Assembly: GCA_050287085.1 (NCBI GenBank)
Contig: JBNKBE010000005.1
Coordinates: 96,001 to 160,000, forward strand
Source of the DNA: Polyangiaceae bacterium
GTDB lineage: Bacteria > Myxococcota_A > Polyangia > Polyangiales > Polyangiaceae
DNA length: 64,000 bases
Reading direction: 5' to 3'
Position 1 is the stretch's first letter. Each line of letters opens with the position of its first letter. The notes beneath the pieces were generated by a model, which was not told where the DNA came from, ran no database searches, and saw only the letters and a program-made list of their open reading frames with translations. Shown here one piece after another: positions 30,873 through 40,371 of this stretch. Both the position numbers and the translations under genes were made by a program.

Positions 30873-31691
30873 CTACTGCATTTCGATAACGCCGCAGGAC
30901 GCCTTGGCTCCTGCGTTCTCCGCGCTGCTGAGCGCGTGGATAATATACGAGTAGCGCGTAACGTCGGTATCGCCCCCGTCGCCAACGCTCCATACTTCCG
31001 CATTTTCGGTATGGGAATACGTCCCGACGCCAGCGCTACACTCGATGTCTTCGAGCACCTCGCCGTTCGGAATCCAATGGCCGCCAGCGGCCTCCCCATC
31101 GGCCCCGCACGCGTGATTGGCGTGAAGATGGGAGATGTGCAGACCGTCTGGACAGCCCGTCAGCTCGACAACCAGTGTCGTCTCGTCGCCAACTTGGGTC
31201 CACGTGGCGGTGGCCTCAAAGTTTTCCCAACCAGCCGGCGCGGCCGTCGTCGGGGTGACCACAGCGACTGCTTGGGGCCCGCTGTCGGCACCGCCATTGC
31301 CGGCGCCACCCACCTCGTTGCCCGCGCCTCCCACGTCAGCCCCCCCGCTGGCAGTCCCGCTGGTGCCGCCCATCGCTGCCGCTCCGCCCGTGTCGGGAGC
31401 GCCTGATGCGCCGCCCCCGCCGGCGGTTGCGGGTGGGTCGGCCGCGCCTGCGCTTCCGCCTGCTCCAGCCTCGCCCGTCGGAGCCGCACCGCCGCCGCCC
31501 GTTTCGGCTCCGCCTACGTTCGTATTGCCGGCCTCATTCGTATTGCCGGCAACACTGGTAGAGCCAGCAACCTCACCCGCTCCGCCGGCACCCGCAGAGG
31601 GCGTGCCTACCGGCTTATCGGCCGGCTCATCACTACACGCCTGCGCAAAAACCACACCGAGACATAACCCGGCGACACATACACTTCGCAT
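30873..31691 (-). CDS. Cu/Zn superoxide dismutase-fold lipoprotein with Gly/Ala-rich linker
   Basis: Signal ending FAQAC; HISHLH, AGGHWIP, YIIHA, ASCGVI. Confidence 0.8.
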   Translation of the reverse strand: MRSVCVAGLCLGVVFAQACSDEPADKPVGTPSAGAGGAGEVAGSTSVAGNTNEAGNTNVGGAETGGGGAAPTGEAGAGGSAGAADPPATAGGGGASGAPDTGGAAAMGGTSGTASGGADVGGAGNEVGGAGNGGADSGPQAVAVVTPTTAAPAGWENFEATATWTQVGDETTLVVELTGCPDGLHISHLHANHACGADGEAAGGHWIPNGEVLEDIECSAGVGTYSHTENAEVWSVGDGGDTDVTRYSYIIHALSSAENAGAKASCGVIEMQ

Positions 31692-32098
31692 TCGACCTCC
31701 CAGCACAACCACACTCACCTTGAAGAAATGACGACCGAGCCGTCGGTAGCGGCCTGGGCGACGATATTGATGGGTCGCTCACGAGCGCATACCCTGCCCA
31801 GACGCTAGACGGAATAGGGCTCATTGCCGGCCAACGCCACCCCGATCATCGAGCGCGCAATTTGGCGCTCACAATGTCTGTGCCCAGGGTCTACCAACAT
31901 GCATCCGCGAATTTTTTGCGCAGGGCGTTCATCGGGACTACCCGGAGCCGGTCGCCAGGCATCCCGATACCATCCATTCTGCGCCCCACCCCTTCTTGTT
32001 CTCAGGGACGCCAAGGGCGTTGCGTCCAAGGGCGGTCGAAGTGTGAACGACGCAAAGACGGTCCGGTCGGCGCTCTGCCTGTGCTATCGCCCACAGCG

Positions 32099-33229
32099 AT
32101 GACACGGGCTTCGGTGCTCACCCTCACTGCCAGCTTCGCGGCAGGCATGTTCTGTACGGAGGCGTTTTTCCTCCTGCGCCCATCGTCTGATGAGATGGCT
32201 CCCGCAAGCTCTGCACCTAGCGTTGCCCCACAGCCGCTCCGAGAACCCACCATCGAAGAGCATCCCGCCTCCGCCGCGCAGCTGACCTCATTTAGCCCCC
32301 TGCCGGAGGTCTTCGAGCGCGCTTATGTTCAGCCCGATCGCGATGCCATGGCGCTCGGGCGTATGTTCTTCTTCGACAAGCGTTTTTCGCGCAACCACGA
32401 TACGGCGTGCAGTTCGTGCCACCCGCTAGCTCAATACGGCATGGATGGACGCGGGGTGAGCATTGGGCATCTCGGACAGAGCGGAAGGCGCAATGCCCCC
32501 ACGGTGTACAACGCCGGAGGCAGTGGGCTTCAGTTCTGGGACGGAAGAGCAAGGGAAGTGGAGAGCCAAGCGCTGATGCCGCTGCTCGATCCCTTCGAGA
32601 TGGCCATGACCCGGGAGCGCGTGGTGCAAACCATGAAATCCATCCCCGAATACGTGGACGCGCTGCACCAGGTATTTCCGGATGAAGCGGATCCGGTGAC
32701 CTTTCAGAACTTCGGAATCGTAGTGGGCGCGTTTGAACGTGGTCTGGTTACCCCGAGTCGCTGGGACCGCTACCTCGCCGGCGACGAGCTAGCCCTAAGC
32801 GAGGTAGAGAAAGAGGGCTTCGGCATCTTCACCCAGCTGGGCTGCCCAAACTGCCACGCTGGACAACTCATCGGCGGCACCCACATCGAGGTACTGGGAG
32901 CCGCCTGGCCTTGGCCCAACCAGACTGATCTCGGGCAAAACCAGCTGCAGCCCGGCTCTATCAATCTACCCATGTTCAAAGTGGCTAGCCTTCGAAACGT
33001 CGCGATGACTGCACCCTACTTTCACGATGCGTCATCCGATACTTTGGAAGACGCCGTTCGTCGCATGGGGAAACACCAGCTAGGACTCAAGTTGAGCAAG
33101 GAACACATCGACCCCGTGGTAGCTTGGCTCAAGTCGTTGACGGGGGCTCTTCCGCTGCAATACATCGAACCCCCTGCACTACCACCCAGCACCGTCGCCA
33201 CGCCCAAGCCGCAACGTGACGGCTATTGA
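32099..33229 (+). CDS. Diheme cytochrome c peroxidase (bCcP/MauG family)
   Basis: LGRMFFFDKRFS, CSSCH, RNAPTVYN, QFWDGRA, CPNCH, FKVASLRNVAMTAPYFHD. Confidence 0.93.
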   Translation: MTRASVLTLTASFAAGMFCTEAFFLLRPSSDEMAPASSAPSVAPQPLREPTIEEHPASAAQLTSFSPLPEVFERAYVQPDRDAMALGRMFFFDKRFSRNHDTACSSCHPLAQYGMDGRGVSIGHLGQSGRRNAPTVYNAGGSGLQFWDGRAREVESQALMPLLDPFEMAMTRERVVQTMKSIPEYVDALHQVFPDEADPVTFQNFGIVVGAFERGLVTPSRWDRYLAGDELALSEVEKEGFGIFTQLGCPNCHAGQLIGGTHIEVLGAAWPWPNQTDLGQNQLQPGSINLPMFKVASLRNVAMTAPYFHDASSDTLEDAVRRMGKHQLGLKLSKEHIDPVVAWLKSLTGALPLQYIEPPALPPSTVATPKPQRDGY

Positions 33230-36200
33230 ATGATCGAGATCTCGACGGTGCAGTTCGCACTGCAACCATCACTACTGCTGGTGTTGCCGTCGTCACACTC
33301 TTCTCCAGAGTCCACGGTGCCGTCACCGCAGTAGTGCTCTTCCCGACACAATGGGCTGCAGCCGTCCCCCGCGGTCGTGTTACCGTCATCACATTGCTCG
33401 GCACCCTCGACTTTGGAATCCCCGCATACCGGCTCTAGCTTACACGTCGACGAGCAACCGTCACCGCTGGCGTTATTGCCGTCGTCACACTCCTCGGTCC
33501 CCTCTTTCGTCCCATTGCCGCAATATACCTCACGCCGGCACGTCCTGCTGCAACCATCACCGCTTTGCGTGTTGCCGTCGTCACACTGTTCTCCGAGAGC
33601 GCTCTGAGTGACTCCGTCCCCACACACTTCGAGGCGACAAGTGGCGGAACAACCGTCGCCGGACTGAGTCCCGCCGTCATCGCACTCCTCCAACCCGGCG
33701 AGACGACCATCTCCGCACACGCCTTCGCTGCGGCACGTCGCACTGCAGCCGTCTCCACCAACGTTATTGCCGTCATCGCATTCTTCAGACGGCGCCCGGC
33801 TTCCGTCACCACACACCGCTTCAATACGACAAGCCGAGGAACAGCCATCGCCACTGACGTTGTTGCCGTCGTCGCATTCCTCAACTCCTTCCTTGACCTG
33901 ATTGCCACAGAAGGTCTCTAGCAGGCAGCGACTGCTGCAACCGTCGCCACTCGTCGTGTTGCCATCGTCGCACTGCTCACTCAGGTCCACGACATCGTCG
34001 CCACAGACCTCAGCCGTGCAGTCCGCGCGGCAGCCGTCCCCCGCGGTCGTGTTGCCGTCGTCACACTGCTCATTGCCCTCGAGCACTTGATTGCCGCAGT
34101 CTGGCTCGATATGACAGGTCGCATCACAGCCATCACCCACGAGCTGATTGCCATCGTCGCACTGCTCCGTGCTCGCCTGCACGCCATCGCCGCACACGGC
34201 TTCGCTGCGACACGCTGAGCTGCAGCCGTCGCCTGAGACGTTATTTCCGTCGTCGCAGTCCTCCGTCTGGTCCTTGCGTCCGTCACCGCAGAGCTCACGC
34301 GTGCAGTCGGCTCGGCAACCATCTCCCGCCGTCAAGTTACCGTCGTCACATTGCTCCGGCGTCTCGCGAACATTGTTGCCGCATATGGGTGCACTCTGAC
34401 AGCTACTGCTACAGCCGTCGTTGTCTACCGTGTTGCCGTCGTCACATTCCTCTCCTACCTCAACCAGGTTGTTGCCGCACACCGTCTCCAACTGGCAGTT
34501 GGCTCCGCATCCGTCGCCCGCCATCGTGTTACCATCGTCGCAAACCTCTCCCGGATCCCGACGACCGTTGCCACACACTTCGCGCAGACAAACAGAACTA
34601 CAGCCGTCGCCGGAGAGGTTGTTGCCGTCGTCGCATTCCTCAGCACCGTCCCGCTGTCCGTTGCCGCAGAAGGTCTCCAGTTGGCAGTTTAGACTGCAAC
34701 CATCTGCGCTCTCGGCATTTCCGTCATCGCACTGCTCGGCGGCATCCACGATGCCATCGCCGCACAATTCTTCGCTACAGTCCGCGCGGCAGCCGTCCCC
34801 CGGCACCGTGTTGCCATCGTCGCAAGCCTCTCCCAGCTCCACGTCGTCGTTGCCACAAATGGCTTCGCTTACGCATTGGCTGCTGCAGCCATCGCCCGAG
34901 ACGGTATTGCCGTCGTCGCATTGCTCGGCGCCTTCACGTTCCCCGTTGCCGCACACGCTCTCGTCCAGGCAACGTTCGTCACAACCGTCGGAAGGTTCGG
35001 TATTGCCGTCGTCGCACTGCTCGCCCACCTGGACGACGCCATCGCCGCACTCGCAGAGAACAAGCACCGTTACGGTGGCGGTGTCCGTCTCGTTGCCGCC
35101 AAGCACTGCCGTGTAGTCGAAGCGATCGTAGCCGCCGCAGAAGCCATTCGGCGGAGAATACTCGACCGTGTCACCATCCGCGCTGACCACAGCACTTCCG
35201 CCGCGCTCGGTCGCGGTCACAGACAAGACGCCAACGGTAGGATCGGCACAGGTCCCCTCGCTGCGGGTGTCGTTGCTCAACACGTCCACAACATTGTCCG
35301 TACTACCGGACTGGACTTGGATGCGGTCGGGACGTGCTTTCGCTGGCGCGTAGCAGTAGGGCACGGTCGCGCCCGTATTGCATACGGTGCCGGGCGCTCG
35401 ACTGGCGCATTCTGCGTCAGAAGTGCACGACGTCGCAAATAGCTGGCACGGCTCGGACGGATTGCGCGGGCAGATGATGAAAGCCCCACCGTCAATTGCC
35501 GTGGCGGCTGCCGCAGCTTCTTTGGTGTAGCTCTGCACCGGGGTACCGTCGGCCGCTTGGGCTGCGATCAGCACCCCCGGAATGGTGGACTGCCCATAGA
35601 GTGAACCGTCATGACCATAGAAGCGAAACTGAAGATCCGTTGAGCCTGACGGTGTATTGAATACCCCGACCACATCAAATCCAGGAACGGTGAAGATGGC
35701 GTCCAGGGGGTCGCTGCTTGCGGCAGTCCACGACAAGTCCGCGGAGCCAAAGTCGAAACCAAGGGGACTTGAAGGGCTGCGAGGATAGGCGCGGATCTCA
35801 CCACCAGACCTCACCAAGTAGGCACGCCCATCTTCCCCCACGGTCAGGCCGTCAAACTGAAGCGGAAGATCCCCACTCGCCCGAATGGTTCCGTCCACCG
35901 ACACCCATCTCAGAGTCGAACCGGATCCACTGTTCTCCAGAAAGAACCAAGAATGCGAGAACGGATCGTAGGCCGCGCCGTCGATGCCGCCACCATCATA
36001 ACGAACCCTAGGCACCAACGCCGGATCCGGATTCGAACACTGCCCGCTGCCCGGAGTTTCGCCCGGCGCACATAGCTCATTGGTGTCCGGAATGAGAATC
36101 GAACCGTCGAGACAGAGCTCGATCGGTGGCTTGGCCAAGGATTGCTTGTACCCAACGAAGGAGCGCGTGATGGGATCGTAGCTGAGCGCATCCGGCGACA

Positions 36201-39200
36201 CGTTGCTAACGTTGAACTCTCGAATGGCGACCCAGGCAAGCTGGGTAGCACACACGCTCGGAGCGCCTTCGCAGGCGTAGAAGGGCTCGACGGTGCATTG
36301 CGCTGAGCAGCCGTCACCCGCCGCCAGGTCCCCATCATCACACTCTTCAAGCCCGCCGACGTCCCCATTGCCGCAAGGATTGGCGGTGCACGGTCCTCCG
36401 GTTACAGGAATCGTATCGTCGTGCACTTCACACTCATAGCCCCAAACCAGCTGACAAGCGGCATCACACCCTGCACTCTGCCCCTCATCATCACACTGCT
36501 CTGCCCCCTCGATCACACCGTCCCCGCAGACAGTGAGGGAGCATGCGTCACCCGGAACATCGCACTTATAGCCGAGCTCCAGCTTGCAGTCCGCCGAGCA
36601 CCCATCGCCGGAGGTCGGTGTGGCATCGTCATCTTCGCACTCTTCCTCTCCTTCGACCGCACCATCGCCACACTGCGGAGCGCGACAGGCGCCGCCCTCT
36701 GAAGGACAGGCATAGCCAGACTCGACGCGACACGTGATGGAACAACCGTCGCCGGATAGCTCGTTGCCGTCGTCGCACTCTTCCGTGGCCACCGCGATAC
36801 CGTCACCACATTGGGCCGCCACGCACGGCTGCCCCTCGAGCCGACAGTCGTAGCCAGGCTCTACTTCGCAGCTCGCGTCACAACCGTCGGACGGATTGCG
36901 ATTTCCGTCATCACAGGCTTCCGCCGTGTCCTGAATAGCATCGCCGCACTGTTGACAGGGCTGCCCCGGCACTGGGCACTGAAATCCGAGCTCCAACTGG
37001 CAGGTCAGACCGCAGCCGTCGCCCGCCTGGGCGTCTCCGTCGTCACAGGTTTCGCCAAGCTCGACCAGGCTGTTGCCACACTGCGTGCAAGCCGCCCCAG
37101 GTACACCGCAGGCGTAGCCGGGCTCAATGTTCTCGCAGGTGGCGTCGCAACCATCTCCCGCCGTCGCGTTGCCATCGTCGCAAGCTTCCCCCGCTTCGAG
37201 CACGCCGTTTCCGCAACGCTGACACTGCCCGCCCGCGGGGGGACACGTGTAGTTTGGCTCGACGCGATCGCAGCCGTGGGAACAACCATCACCGCTGAGC
37301 AGGTTGCCATCGTCGCAGACCTCAGGCGCCTGCACAATGCCGTCGCCACACTGACGGCAGGGCGTGCCTGGAGCCAGACAGGTGAAGCCTGGGTAGGTGC
37401 CCTGGCATGTGGGCAGGCATCCCTTGCCATCGTCTGGCTCACCGTCATCGCAGACTTCACCTTCCGCGAGCACCCCGTCGCCGCAGACATAGCAATCACT
37501 GCCGGGAATAGCGCAGGTAAAGCCGAGCTCCACCGTACAAGCCGCGTCACAGCCATCGCCGGGGTCGCGATCGCCGTCGTCGCATTCCTCACTGCTCTCG
37601 CGCACCCCGTTGCCACACTGCTCACAAGCCGCACCGGATACCGGACAGCTGTAGCCATCTTCAACGAGCGTACATTCCTGTCCGCAACCGTCGCCATCAA
37701 GGGTGTTGCCGTCGTCGCAGTTTTCGCCGTATTCGACTACCCCGTTGCCACACTTCTGGCATCCCTGCTCGTCGGTGCACGTGTAGCCGTCTTCGATCCG
37801 TCGGCAGTCATAGCCGCATCCGTCGCCCCCCACGCGGTTTCCGTCGTCGCACAGTTCGCCTGCCTCACGCACACCGTTGCCGCACTCGATACACTTTTGA
37901 CCCGGTTGGCCGCAGGTAAACCCTGGTTCGACGGTCTGGCAGTCTCCCGCACAGCCATCACCCGAAGCGGCATTGCCGTCGTCGCAGATCTCACCGTCAG
38001 CCAAAGCTCCGTCGCCACACAAGAAGCAGGTGGCGCCTGGAACCGGACACTGAAATCCGACCTCTAGCTTGCAGCTGGCGTCGCAACCGTCACCGCTTGC
38101 CGTATTCCCGTCATCGCAACCTTCACTGCTCTCGCGAATGCCATTGCCGCACAGCTCGCAAGCAACCCCTGGAACGGGGCAGAATGCCCCAGCTTCAACC
38201 CGTGCACAATCCGCGCTACAACCGTCACCGTCCACGTTGTTGCGGTCGTCACACACCTCGCTGCCCGACAGTCGGCCGTCGCCGCAGCCGCCGCAGGCAC
38301 TCCCGGGCGTGGAGCAGACAAATCCCACTTCAACCACGCGGCAGTCGAAGCGACAGCCATCCCCGCTCACACGATTGCCGTCGTCGCAGACCTCGACCCC
38401 ACTCAGAAGACCATCACCACACAACGTGCACGCCACGCCGCCAACGCTGCAGTCGTAGCCCGGCTGCACACTGGTGCAATCGGCGGCGCAACCGTCCCCT
38501 GGTTGTCGGTTCCCGTCATCGCATGTTTCGTTGGGTTCGATGACGCCGTTGCCACATAGCTCACAGGCTTGACCCGGGATCCAGCACTCATAGTTGCCCT
38601 CCACGCTGCCACAGTCTACCGCGCAGCCATCTCCTGCGACTCGGTTGCCGTCGTCACAAGCCTCACTGCTCTCCACTATGCCATTGCCGCATCCCTCGCA
38701 GGCTGCCCCCACTACCGGACAAGCAAAGCCGGCCTCGACCGCATCGCAGCCCGAGGAACAACCATCTCCGCCTTGCACGTTGCCGTCATCGCAGACTTCT
38801 CCCGTCTCGATGACGCGATTGCCACACCCCGCGCACGACACGCCGGGAAGCGGGCAGGTGTAGCCGGGCTCCACCTCGAGACAGTTGAAAAGACAGCCGT
38901 CACCCGAAATGACGTTGCCGTCATCGCAAGCCTCATGGGCATCTACCTTTCCATCACCGCAGCGCTCGCACAATTCACCGGGTGCCGAGCACCGAAAGAA
39001 CTGTTCGATCGTGCGGCAATCCGCGGCGCAGCCGTCATTTGACCGGGTGTTGCCGTCATCGCAGGCCTCCGCATCACCCAGCTCTCCATCACCACATAGG
39101 TCACAGTCACCCCCTGCTGCTGCGCAGTTGAAGCCCGTCTCTACGAGTTTGCAGTCAGAGCTACACCCGTCGCCGTCGATGACGTTGCCATCGTCACACG

Positions 39201-39600
39201 CCTCCCGACTCTCCCGAATCCCATTGCCACATTCCTCACATTCGACCCCGGCCACGGCACAGTCGAAGCCGCTTTCTAGCAAGCAGGTATCGTCGCAACC
39301 ATCACCATCGAGCGCGTTGCCATCATCGCATTCCTCCCCCGCCTCGAGCACACCGTTGCCACAGGGCCGTCGAAGCCCCCCATCGGCGGTCTGCGCAGGG
39401 GGCGCGTCGTCCGTGTCATCGGGCAGAACCAAGCGGTCGTCCAAGTCGCCCCCAGCGTCGCCCGGAGGCCCGCGACGACCCCCATCTCCCGCGGTCGTCC
39501 CCGCGTCGTGCGGCTCGTCAGCCAGCTCGGGCGCGGAAGAACAAGATACCAACAGGGACAGCATGCCCGCCGCCGAGGAAAGGTAGATGATTCGTCGCAT
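33223..39600 (-). CDS. Giant lipoprotein with myxobacterial cysteine-rich (DUF4215-type) repeats, central globular domain and Ig-like domain
   Basis: 2125 aa; lipobox LLVSC; dozens of CG(N/D)G-x5-E-x-CDDGN-x3-GDGC repeats; DVLSND...YSPP...DRFDYT Ig-like module. Confidence 0.9.
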   Translation of the reverse strand: MRRIIYLSSAAGMLSLLVSCSSAPELADEPHDAGTTAGDGGRRGPPGDAGGDLDDRLVLPDDTDDAPPAQTADGGLRRPCGNGVLEAGEECDDGNALDGDGCDDTCLLESGFDCAVAGVECEECGNGIRESREACDDGNVIDGDGCSSDCKLVETGFNCAAAGGDCDLCGDGELGDAEACDDGNTRSNDGCAADCRTIEQFFRCSAPGELCERCGDGKVDAHEACDDGNVISGDGCLFNCLEVEPGYTCPLPGVSCAGCGNRVIETGEVCDDGNVQGGDGCSSGCDAVEAGFACPVVGAACEGCGNGIVESSEACDDGNRVAGDGCAVDCGSVEGNYECWIPGQACELCGNGVIEPNETCDDGNRQPGDGCAADCTSVQPGYDCSVGGVACTLCGDGLLSGVEVCDDGNRVSGDGCRFDCRVVEVGFVCSTPGSACGGCGDGRLSGSEVCDDRNNVDGDGCSADCARVEAGAFCPVPGVACELCGNGIRESSEGCDDGNTASGDGCDASCKLEVGFQCPVPGATCFLCGDGALADGEICDDGNAASGDGCAGDCQTVEPGFTCGQPGQKCIECGNGVREAGELCDDGNRVGGDGCGYDCRRIEDGYTCTDEQGCQKCGNGVVEYGENCDDGNTLDGDGCGQECTLVEDGYSCPVSGAACEQCGNGVRESSEECDDGDRDPGDGCDAACTVELGFTCAIPGSDCYVCGDGVLAEGEVCDDGEPDDGKGCLPTCQGTYPGFTCLAPGTPCRQCGDGIVQAPEVCDDGNLLSGDGCSHGCDRVEPNYTCPPAGGQCQRCGNGVLEAGEACDDGNATAGDGCDATCENIEPGYACGVPGAACTQCGNSLVELGETCDDGDAQAGDGCGLTCQLELGFQCPVPGQPCQQCGDAIQDTAEACDDGNRNPSDGCDASCEVEPGYDCRLEGQPCVAAQCGDGIAVATEECDDGNELSGDGCSITCRVESGYACPSEGGACRAPQCGDGAVEGEEECEDDDATPTSGDGCSADCKLELGYKCDVPGDACSLTVCGDGVIEGAEQCDDEGQSAGCDAACQLVWGYECEVHDDTIPVTGGPCTANPCGNGDVGGLEECDDGDLAAGDGCSAQCTVEPFYACEGAPSVCATQLAWVAIREFNVSNVSPDALSYDPITRSFVGYKQSLAKPPIELCLDGSILIPDTNELCAPGETPGSGQCSNPDPALVPRVRYDGGGIDGAAYDPFSHSWFFLENSGSGSTLRWVSVDGTIRASGDLPLQFDGLTVGEDGRAYLVRSGGEIRAYPRSPSSPLGFDFGSADLSWTAASSDPLDAIFTVPGFDVVGVFNTPSGSTDLQFRFYGHDGSLYGQSTIPGVLIAAQAADGTPVQSYTKEAAAAATAIDGGAFIICPRNPSEPCQLFATSCTSDAECASRAPGTVCNTGATVPYCYAPAKARPDRIQVQSGSTDNVVDVLSNDTRSEGTCADPTVGVLSVTATERGGSAVVSADGDTVEYSPPNGFCGGYDRFDYTAVLGGNETDTATVTVLVLCECGDGVVQVGEQCDDGNTEPSDGCDERCLDESVCGNGEREGAEQCDDGNTVSGDGCSSQCVSEAICGNDDVELGEACDDGNTVPGDGCRADCSEELCGDGIVDAAEQCDDGNAESADGCSLNCQLETFCGNGQRDGAEECDDGNNLSGDGCSSVCLREVCGNGRRDPGEVCDDGNTMAGDGCGANCQLETVCGNNLVEVGEECDDGNTVDNDGCSSSCQSAPICGNNVRETPEQCDDGNLTAGDGCRADCTRELCGDGRKDQTEDCDDGNNVSGDGCSSACRSEAVCGDGVQASTEQCDDGNQLVGDGCDATCHIEPDCGNQVLEGNEQCDDGNTTAGDGCRADCTAEVCGDDVVDLSEQCDDGNTTSGDGCSSRCLLETFCGNQVKEGVEECDDGNNVSGDGCSSACRIEAVCGDGSRAPSEECDDGNNVGGDGCSATCRSEGVCGDGRLAGLEECDDGGTQSGDGCSATCRLEVCGDGVTQSALGEQCDDGNTQSGDGCSRTCRREVYCGNGTKEGTEECDDGNNASGDGCSSTCKLEPVCGDSKVEGAEQCDDGNTTAGDGCSPLCREEHYCGDGTVDSGEECDDGNTSSSDGCSANCTVEISIIQ

Positions 39601-39827
39601 AGTGAACGCCTGCGACGTCAGAGCGACACACGCAGCGTTCCCTTAAGCGCTAGGTGGAAAGAACTGCGCACTTCCCCTTGGTCGATGACTCAGGGTGTCC
39701 CGTTGATGCACCTCCAGGAAGGCCGTCCCTCGCGACCGTCACAAAGCAACACGCGAACGGGCAGCGATACGGCAGGGACAAGCGCACACGCCCATAAGTG
39801 GACGTCCGGGTCGATAGAGCGGGCCTT

Positions 39828-40256
39828 TTATGTGCCGCAATCGGCGCCGTCTGTTCCGCAATGAGTTTCCGGACAACGGTTGCGACAGGCGGAAGAATTG
39901 ATGCGATGGGCGGTGATCAAAGCGGCTGATGCGAGAATGCTGAGCCCGACTTCGGCACCGAGCGGCAGCTTTGAAAGCGCCATCACGATGAAGGTAGCGA
40001 GCGCTCCCACCAGCCACGGAACGGCTCGCACATTTCGATGAAGCAGAACACCACCGCCCACGGAAAGGAGCCCCAGAGCGGCCAATCCAACGCGAAACCC
40101 TTCTTCGGTTTCGTGTGCCCCCAAGAGCGGCAATACGAGCGCAAGCACCGGAGTCAGAGCACAGTGCACCGCGCAGAGCCCTGACATGGTCATACCCAGC
40201 GCGTCTAGACGCATCAGCCAACGGCCGCGCCGATAAGTTTGTGCTTCAGAGCTCAT
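39828..40256 (-). CDS. MerC-domain membrane protein
   Basis: LDALGMTMSGLCAVHCALTP signature; about 4 TM helices; C-terminal AHRIN and a Cys/His tail. Confidence 0.82.
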   Translation of the reverse strand: MSSEAQTYRRGRWLMRLDALGMTMSGLCAVHCALTPVLALVLPLLGAHETEEGFRVGLAALGLLSVGGGVLLHRNVRAVPWLVGALATFIVMALSKLPLGAEVGLSILASAALITAHRINSSACRNRCPETHCGTDGADCGT

Positions 40257-40371
40257 GTGGGAACCGCGGAAAGCTAATGCCGCTCGTCGCCGCACGCAAC
40301 AACGGCGAAGGTCTGCGATCAACAAAGCTCGCTTAGGCCCACACAGGCCACGGAGCCGGACAAGCCAGGCT

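Noticed and set aside
36811..38067. 418-aa + strand ORF and similar long antisense ORFs (e.g. 42730-43704, 793-1740)
   Set aside because: Antisense or alternate-frame products of GC-rich genes with no recognisable motifs.
33223..39600. Recurring GTTGCCGTCGTCGCA motif as a CRISPR-like array
   Set aside because: It is the reverse complement of CDDGN codons in one long ORF; copies vary at synonymous sites and there are no cas genes.
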